DNA of 64,000 bases from the NCBI GenBank assembly GCA_951406725.2, contig OX597817.1, forward strand, positions 89,590,001-89,654,000, in the 5' to 3' direction. Every line of letters begins with the position of its first letter. The first letter of the stretch is position 1. The translations under genes and the position numbers were made by a program. A model generated the notes under the pieces. It saw nothing but the letters and a program-made list of their open reading frames with translations. It made no database searches and was not told where the DNA came from. Shown here piece by piece: positions 55,737-64,000 of the stretch. Source of the DNA: Octopus vulgaris. Its lineage: Eukaryota.

Positions 55737-56722
55737 TTAGTTTTTGATTTGGTTGAATCTTATTATCATAACAAGCAACACCTTGAATTCCATGCATACG
55801 TTTTGGAGGTATTCCTTGGCTTGAGGGATGAAGCATTGGTGGATCCAATGCAAAGTTAGACTAATCCAGGCCTTGGGGATGTGCATCCAGTGGACAGGCA
55901 GCAGGTTTTTATTCTTTATTTTTAAGTCCCTTGGGTTCGTGGACTTGTAGATAAATCTTGGCTTCATCATGAAGCCAGCAGCATTGCCACACATAAATAG
56001 CGTTAATCTGTTCTTCTTTACCTTAAATCCTGGGCTTTGGCTTCATCCTTCATGATATACGTTCTCAAAGGCATGTTCTTCCAGAACAATCCAGTCTCGT
56101 CCATACTAAAAAACTGTTCCAGTTTGTATCCCTTATCATCGATGATCTGCCTGGAGGTCTCGAGGTACTTCTCGGCAGCTTCTTGGTCGGCTGATTCTGT
56201 CTCTCCATGCAGGGAAACACACTTTATTTTAAATCATTTCTGGAAACCAACAAACCATTCCTTGCTGGCTTGGAAATCTTCGGGCTTCGCTGCTGTCGAT
56301 GGTCTTTGATTGTGTTTCTTCGGTGCCTTTGGCTCCGTCTCCTCTATCGAATTGCTGGTATAACTTCAGCGCTTGATCGCGAATGATGTTACCGTTCAAG
56401 GGGATGCTTTTCTTCTTGCAGTCACTGAGCCACAATGCCAAGGCAGATTCCATCCTGACGAAGTGCTTAGTTCTCACAATCGCTATCTTTTTAGCATTTT
56501 CACAGAAACTTACTGCTACGGTAGTCCTGACTGCGACCTCGTTCTTTTTATGTAGCGTATGGTGCCTTCGTTGAGAGCATATTAGCGACCTACTGCAGCA
56601 TAACTTTTGCCTTCTCGTAATATATCCAGCAGTTGTACCTTCTCATGGAGCGTCATAACAATTTTTGGGCGCTTAGGCTCACTGCCAGAAGCCTAAGAAG
56701 GTGTAGGGCATTTGGGTGGCAT
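55737..56722 (-). pseudogene. Tigger/pogo transposase (CENP-B HTH + DDE), 3'-truncated and frameshifted
   Basis: MPPK..VMTLHEKVQLLD, MESALALWL, MDETGLFWKNMP.RTYI, RLTLFMCGNAAG..KP..IYKS.NPR, PVHW...KAW. Confidence 0.92.
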
Positions 56723-57120
56723 CTTAAGGTTTAAAAAACACGCTTCGAAAAACACAGCACTCAACAAAACTACAAAATGTTCCTTTCGTCTAATATGCGC
56801 ATACCACCAATGGGAGATTGAGCAGAGGTTAAAAACAATCATGGCTTTGAAAAGTTTAGTTTGTATTACCACTAAGATACAGTAATCTATACTGTAATAA
56901 TAATTGAGAAAGAGAGTGGGGACCAGCAAGTAGCCTAATTTCAATGAGGCTATATTGGCTCGCTACCTTTAAGATTATCCTGTTGAAATGTGAAATGTGT
57001 ATGAACAAATGTAGCGATAATTTTAAAACAAGCGCTGGTGTAAAATTAACGTTCAGTCTCGTGTTGTATATATCTTTGATCTGTTAACGCTAGCCCAAGT
57101 AATACTGGTGCGACAGACTG

Positions 57121-57173
<53 letters not shown>

Positions 57174-58269
57174 TTTCACTACAAGAAGAGGTTGTTATTG
57201 TTGAGAGACAAATACAGCGAGAGAGGGAGAGAGAGTGTGTATGTGTGAAATATAAATAGATGTCGCTATACTAATTAGAAAGCTTTCATTGAGAGCAGGA
57301 ATAAGAGACACAAGATACAGTGCACTCTAAACAATCAAGCGACGTGATGCGCAGCTATTCTAATCAGAGGGAGCTTCAACTTCGAAGGGACGTCCAGCAA
57401 GCCGGTAAATACAGTATATTGTCATTAATAATTTAGCCTTAAAAAGTGTGAAAAAATATATATTGCCACGAAAAAATCGCGGACAATATTTACGATTCCG
57501 CGAATATGCAGTGGTCTCCGCGATCAGTTATTAGTTCCGCAAATAACCGGGACCACGAATGAGAGCGACAGAAGCAGTGTTGATATCAAAAGGTAATATT
57601 TATTACCACTTAAAGTGGACGCTGTGTTAGAACAGAGAATACTGCGATAATTATCATGAGAGAACCTTTCATATGGACTTGTGGTGCATATTAGTACTCT
57701 TGTCAATTTCGTAGTGGGAGATAATCAACCGCCAGTGCCGCCTCCAGGCCTACCTGATCACATTATTTCAGCTCTCCTATATATAATAAATGAAAAAAAA
57801 ATGAAAAAAATATACGTTAAATAAACAAACAACATAGCGTATACTTAGTGTACAATCGAACGGGAGACAGACACAGAAGGTCCCTAATTCTTCATCAGTT
57901 ATCAACCACATGGTAATTCTCAGTTTCGCACCATTAATGATAAGACTGAGAACTTCCCATGCAAGTGGTGCCCGCGAAAGTTGTGGAGAGTATAGGGCCG
58001 AGAGCAAATAAAACAATACAGAATAGACATAAGAAGTGACTAAATGGGATTTAAAACGAGGAACCAAGACGAAATAAATAAGGAACGAGCAACATATATC
58101 TTCAATGCCAAAAAGACAAGAATGGTGGGTAACCGCTTAGAAGACACCCTAAAGGATAGAAAACAGTGTAACTACAAGAGGGTGAGAGAGAGAGATAGTT
58201 TTTACCTCAATTTATTACAGGAAAGGATACTTGCCTACAGTTGCTTGTTTTAATAATTTGTTTCCATCA

Positions 58270-59170
58270 ATAATGCCATAAAACGTTGTCTGATACGAAA
58301 TGCAAGTGTGCTAAGAGAACCGTTGAAAAGTATGAAGAGTGTCTACAAAGACTGCATGCTAAACTTGTTAGGGATGTTGCATAAAGAAAACTTAAACCCG
58401 ATAGTGAACGTGACACACGTTGTAAACAGATGCTAGCAGTCAGGCTGTCTGTTGACAACTAGAGATGTCTAATGAAGGTAAAAGCCACCTTCAACAGCTG
58501 ACAAGCTGCTCATAAACACCATGAAACCCATAACTGTGCTTGGTCAGGTATAAACTTCAAAGAGAAATACAAGCAGAGTTTAGATCCCAGATATACACGC
58601 AAGATTGTTAAAATGGAAAAGCTAATCTACCAGTTCTTGCTGATCCCCCAGATCCGCTAAAACAATTTCTTAATGTTGCTACTGCGAAACTCATGCATAT
58701 TAAATGAACATCAGAAAGCATAACTTTGTTTTTTAATGACTTCCAATCGGGCCAACATCATTCGAGAAGGGAGATTCAAGCCAACTTTTGAAGTACAAGG
58801 GCAAATCTACCATGAAATTAGTTCCCTTCTGCCCCTCATTAACGACGAGCCACAGTTTCTGCAGATGTACTTTATTGATAATTTAATGAGACAGGCTCAT
58901 AACAGTAACATAATCTCTTCAGGCAAAAAGTTTGAGTTGATTCTTTAACTTCAAGATATGACCCATGCAAAGGGAATTTCAAGTATTCTCCGGAGTCTGC
59001 ACATACAGTGGGCCTTCAGAACAAAAGAGTCCATCTGAAGAAAATTCAAATTGTTTTAACGCATCTGAATGCCATGCTGTCATCATATGTAGAGTGCCAT
59101 ATTGCAAAAGTGATATCATTCAGAAGTACAAAGATTGCGCTATCAAAACAATAAAGGAGACACGTTGATC
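58270..59170 (+). pseudogene. Helitron RepHel N-terminal fragment
   Basis: NGKANLPVLADPPDPL, NIRKHN..MTS, FKPTFEVQGQIYHEISSLLP..EPQFLQMYFID, FNA, IKET; typical motifs upstream of the Helitron Rep domain. Confidence 0.85.
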
Positions 59171-59468
59171 CTTTGATATATCGCAATAGTTTCAAATTTA
59201 TTAAAACTGTTTTCACTTTCGCCTAACCCTGTATTTCTATTTACTACGCTTTAATTTGAGATGCCATTTATACAATTAAATTATGAAATATACTATTCAT
59301 ATTAAACACGTGCATTCCTTACATACTAGACCCCTATAAACATATCAGAAAATTTAATTTATTACATAAAAATTAACTTTTTAACAGAAATCAAATAATA
59401 TTTTATTAAAGTGAATATACCTTCATGAAAGACGAATCTAGGTCATTTCTAGCTCATTATCCGGAGCA

Positions 59469-59522
<54 letters not shown>

Positions 59523-59554
59523 AAACCATTAGAAGATAAAAGAGAGATGATAGT

Positions 59555-59722
59555 GTGCTTATGTCCCCGTAACTTAGCGGTTCGGCAAAAGAAATTCGAT
59601 AGAATAAGTACTATGCTTACAAAGAATAAGTTCTGGGTTGGTTTTCTTCGACTAAAACCCTTCAGGCAGTGTTCCAGCATGGCCGCAGTCAAATGACTGA
59701 AACAAATAAAAAAGAATAAAAG
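59555..59722 (+). mobile_element. SINE family B, 3' half
   Basis: gtccccgtaacttagcggttcggcaaaa...ccagcatggccgcagtcaaatgactgaaac. Confidence 0.85.
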
Positions 59723-60512
59723 AATATATGAGCACAGCAAGGAAGCATAGATAAACCGGTGCTTTCCAACTAAAATAAACTTGTCGAGATTGTTCTGCCC
59801 GTGCTGTTCAGACAACTCTATTCCTGTCTCACCATAGCAAAATGCTATAAAACCTGTAACCCATGACATTTCACAAACTGCTCACAAAATGGATTGTAAA
59901 ATAAAAACAAATGAAATCAGTAATTGGGCGATATGAAATAAACCATGGATGTCAGCAATATCAAACAGATATCGGGATATTAGGTATCTCATAGTATGGA
60001 TGATAGACGCTTTAATACGGCTCGTATACGTTGTATCTGACGTTATTACATAGATTTAATAAGCAGCACATATTGGTTATTGCTCTTACGTACGTGTGTG
60101 GTGTGTAAATGCAAAGTGCGTGTATGTGTGTGTGTGTGTGTGTGTGTGCGTGCGTGTGTATGATACATTACTAATTTATTATATTGTACGTAGCTATGAA
60201 TATTCTGTATATATTACGTAAATATTCTGTATATAAGTATGTATATATATATATGTGTGTGTGTGTGCATGTGAATGTCTGTTCTTGTATGCTTTGCTCG
60301 TAGATATATTATGTGTGTGTGTGCGTGTATGTGTGTGTATGTGTGTGTGTATACAGACACATATATACATATGAATATATATTTTTACATTATATGCGTA
60401 TTTATATATATAAAATTATATAAATATATTTATATACATATACACATAAAACGTTTAATACATACGGCACACCCTTACATATGCACATATGCATCAGTTT
60501 ATATTATATATA

Positions 60513-60573
<61 letters not shown>

Positions 60574-60665
60574 TAATATATATCGTGTGTATATACAAGT
60601 GTGTATGCATTTATATACATATATATCTATAAATTTATCTCTCTCTCTCTCTCTTTTTTCTCTCT

Positions 60666-60709
<44 letters not shown>

Positions 60710-60730
60710 TTATGTATATACATACATACA

Positions 60731-60784
<54 letters not shown>

Positions 60785-60849
60785 GTAATATACTCGGTAA
60801 CTTTGCAAAAAATATTTAAAAAGTACTCAATATCTTAGATAGGGCAAAT

Positions 60850-61700
60850 ACATATTACAGTAAGTTCTTTAGCTTCTACAAATACTCGTTATTCATACAA
60901 TTATCGATACGGAGGACTGACAGATTAATTAGAACATTGTATGCAATTAATAGCTCCTAGTATTTGTTGTGGCCCTTACTTTCCTGTCAACAATGCCTGT
61001 GACAAAATTGTTGCCTAACTGTGTTGGCTCTTGTCCTTCATTGAGCAACAGCCGTGGCATAGAGAGAAAGAGTCTGTAAAGACAACTGTTGGTGTACTAA
61101 AAAATAGAACTCCTTGTCTGTGGCTCGGAGAGCTGCTTTCTAAGTTCAAAAGCCAAGCTTTTATTACTCTAATATTTCATGACCCTATCCTACTTGGACA
61201 TTTCTCAAACGGAGCTGGCAGATAGAATAGATAACTAAGATTTAATATTACTGTAACTATAGATAAAACGATTGTTAGCTTCTGAGATGTCACATTAAAT
61301 CTAAACAAATTCAACAAAAAAAAGTCTATAACATCAACAAAAACACCAGCCATCCCCACCATCAAACTAAAGAATTTTATCAACAATGTTAATATGAAAA
61401 ACTCCAGCATCTCCTCTGACAAAAGAGCATTCGACAGCACTGAAAACCGCAACAAAAACACACTGGAAAGCAGGAGAACAGAAGAAAAAACATGTTTATC
61501 TCCAAATCTGACCCTCTTCCCTCCTCTTACTGCTGTCCTCTGCAGCTATTGAAATCAAAAACCGTAACTGTAATGTTATCTGTTTTAGCCCTCCATACAA
61601 CATCAATGTAAAATCCAATACTGTCAACAACATTCTAAATCTGATCCGGATACATTTCTCAGCTGGACACAAACATTGATTTCTTAAATATGCACAAGGC
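60850..61700 (+). pseudogene. Decayed Penelope-like element ORF (RT C-terminus/linker)
   Basis: SFIEQQPWH, F*DVTLNL, INKNTSHP, RNCNVICFSPPYNINVKSN..LNLIRIHF..GHK matches the PLE IIWFNPPYS.NV.TN..L.LI.KHF motif. Confidence 0.75.
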
Positions 61701-61861
61701 CAGCATCTTAGGGGTGCGGAAAGAGTGAATTATATCACCTTCAATATTTGACTGGCATATATTTTATTGATATATCGATAAGTGAATATATATCGACTAA
61801 TATATATTTTATTGTTATGAGTGTGCGCGTGTTGTATTTGTAAGTGTACATATGTGTGTAA

Positions 61862-61904
<43 letters not shown>

Positions 61905-63160
61905 CATGCATACATATATTTATTTGCTCATCTATGCATGCATATATATATGCATATATATATAGATAGATAGATAGATTAAATATAGATATAGATATAT
62001 ATACGTGTGTGAATGTATGTACGTATACATGTGAGTATGAATACATGTTTGTATGGATGGGTGGATATATAGATGTTTATCTCTACATATTTTCTATTGA
62101 ATTCCGAGCCAGCGTTTATAAATAAATATTAGCATGCCTGCATATATATCTAGATATACATAAAAAAACTCCGTGTATATGTATGCAATATTTGCTCATG
62201 CACAAACACACACATGCATAAACATATGTGCATATGTATGTATGTATGTATGCATACGCATACACACACACACACACACACACACGCATATATATATATA
62301 TATATTTATATAGCTATTTAGGTATGTATATTTTGCATTCTGTTTCCAGGTGTTTCAAGTTTCCTTGTGTCTCGCATCGAAGACGGTGAGAAAAAATAAT
62401 AATAACTTACGTGAATGCAGAAAGAGGAAATGTTTATGTTATCTATTGCATATTACAATGTCCTTATGTAAATGCCTGAACACTGGCCAATGATTATACT
62501 ATATGTCTTCATACGTGTGTGCGTGTGTGTATTTGAGTTTGTGTTTGTGTTAACAACTACAACAGCGATAACGACAACAGCATTAGCGATAACAATAGAC
62601 GGGTAATCGCCGGAGAGATTGGTAAACATGATATTCCGGGTTTATTACTAATTATATTCTGGTAAAGATCATTAATTGAATACCTGGTGGGGGAGGGTGG
62701 ACGAAAGAGGAAGCAAGAGGAAAAATTGAAAGAAATGAATTCCAAAGAGAACGATTAACGACATCAACAGCAACAACAACAAAAACGGCAACAATGGAGG
62801 GAAATGAAAATAAGCAAATAAATAATGAAAAACATGTAGAGTAGTTGTCGTCTGCTTTTCATGTATCTCGCAGCGAAAGGTCATCTCTTCTGTAAGTGTA
62901 ATACATAATCTATGTTTGATTGTTGTATTTCTCACTGTTTATGTAATAAGGGAAAGATTTGTTGGAGCAGAGAGAAATGCAAGGAGAGAAATATGTGGGC
63001 GGTGTGAAAGAAACACACACACACACATTTACATATGTACTCATGCATATATACATATATATATATAGAAGACATACACACATGTGCATAGCACATTCTC
63101 GTATATGTGTATGTATATATATATATTTATGTGTGTATATATATATATATATATACACAC

Positions 63161-63203
<43 letters not shown>

Positions 63204-63289
63204 GAGAGAGAGAGAGAAAGAGAAAGAAGGAGAAGGATAGATGGAAAGATATAGTGGGGGAAAGATAGAGCTGTAGAGAACTGAGAAAC

Positions 63290-63410
63290 AAATATAAGTG
63301 TGTGAATTTGTGTTTGGGTGTAACAAATTTATAATAATAAAGCCCATACGGAGCATTGTTAAACAACAGAAGAAATATGTTGGTATTTAGGCATAACAAT
63401 ACCTTATTCA
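63290..63410 (+). pseudogene. Possible PLE GIY-YIG C-terminal remnant
   Basis: VNLCL..KFIII..LLNNRRNML.FRHNN resembles CNLCL.EK..I..LLNKRSEL...CRH.N. Confidence 0.4.
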
Positions 63411-63604
63411 TTGCAAGGAACCGAAATAAACGACAACACCACATCAACAGGATTTTTCTAAATACAATGTATATAAACTCTGCCATTCAACGATTTCTTG
63501 TTCTAAAATACTTAACCAAGTTTCTTCCTAAAGAATTAGTTTACTTTGAGTGACATTTCTGACTAACTCGTTTTGTATCTCCAGCTAAAACAGAAGATTG
63601 GTCA

Positions 63605-63820
63605 AAGGCAGCAAGCTGGCAGAATCGTTAGCACGCCGGCCAAAATGCTTAGAGGCATTTCGTCCCTCTTGACATTCTGTGTTCAAATTCCGCCTAGGCC
63701 AACTTTGCTTTCATCCTTGCGGAATCGATAAAATAAGTACCAGTTGAGCACCGGGGTCGATGTAATCGACTTACTCCACCGTCTCCACCGAAACTGCTGG
63801 CCTTGTGCCAACATAGTAGA
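63605..63820 (+). mobile_element. SINE family A, near full length
   Basis: aaggcagcaagctggcagaatcgttagcacgcc...gttcaaattccgcc..ctttcatcc..gataaaataagtaccag. Confidence 0.88.
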
Positions 63821-64000
63821 GTTGCTTGGTCTTTGTTTTTTTTTTATCTCTTTAACTCTCGTGTGATATGAGTGCAAGGTCTATCTCACTTTCTCTCTTT
63901 CCCTTCATCTCTCTTTCTTTCGCCCTATATCTCTCTCTGTCACTCCTTTCTACGTGCTCCAGTCACCCGCCAGTAACAAATTGAAATAGTGAAGGGAATA

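Noticed and set aside
57420-57560. 5' TIR and subterminal repeats of the Tigger element
   Set aside because: cgcg-rich repeats are suggestive, but the 3' end of the element is missing so no TIR pair can be verified

Overview
AT-rich, microsatellite-saturated eukaryotic DNA with no recognisable host protein-coding exon. The repeat landscape resembles an octopod cephalopod genome (inference from recalled repeat families, not a database result). Almost all ORFs in the track are translations of (TA)n, (CA)n, (TACA)n, (TCTA)n and (TAA)n tracts. The real content is decayed mobile DNA: mariner, maT/Tc1-like, Tigger/pogo, hAT-Charlie MITE, Helitron, a probable solo LTR, three tRNA-like SINE families, several RLE-type (R4/Dong-like) non-LTR retrotransposons sitting in (TAA)n or (TACA)n tracts, and Penelope-like element (PLE) remnants. 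The most notable signal is a set of type I hammerhead ribozyme (HHR) motifs. The best is an ORF-less, ~488-bp, near-identical tandem repeat (15165-16608). Each full unit carries an intact HHR, a third HHR lies in an inverted copy, and the unit is rich in hairpins. It is a candidate young retrozyme / self-cleaving circular-RNA element. At least four other unrelated HHR-like families occur in the window, in states from intact to degenerate. Boundaries were set by eye and are approximate except where TIR, TSD or HHR nucleotides are quoted.
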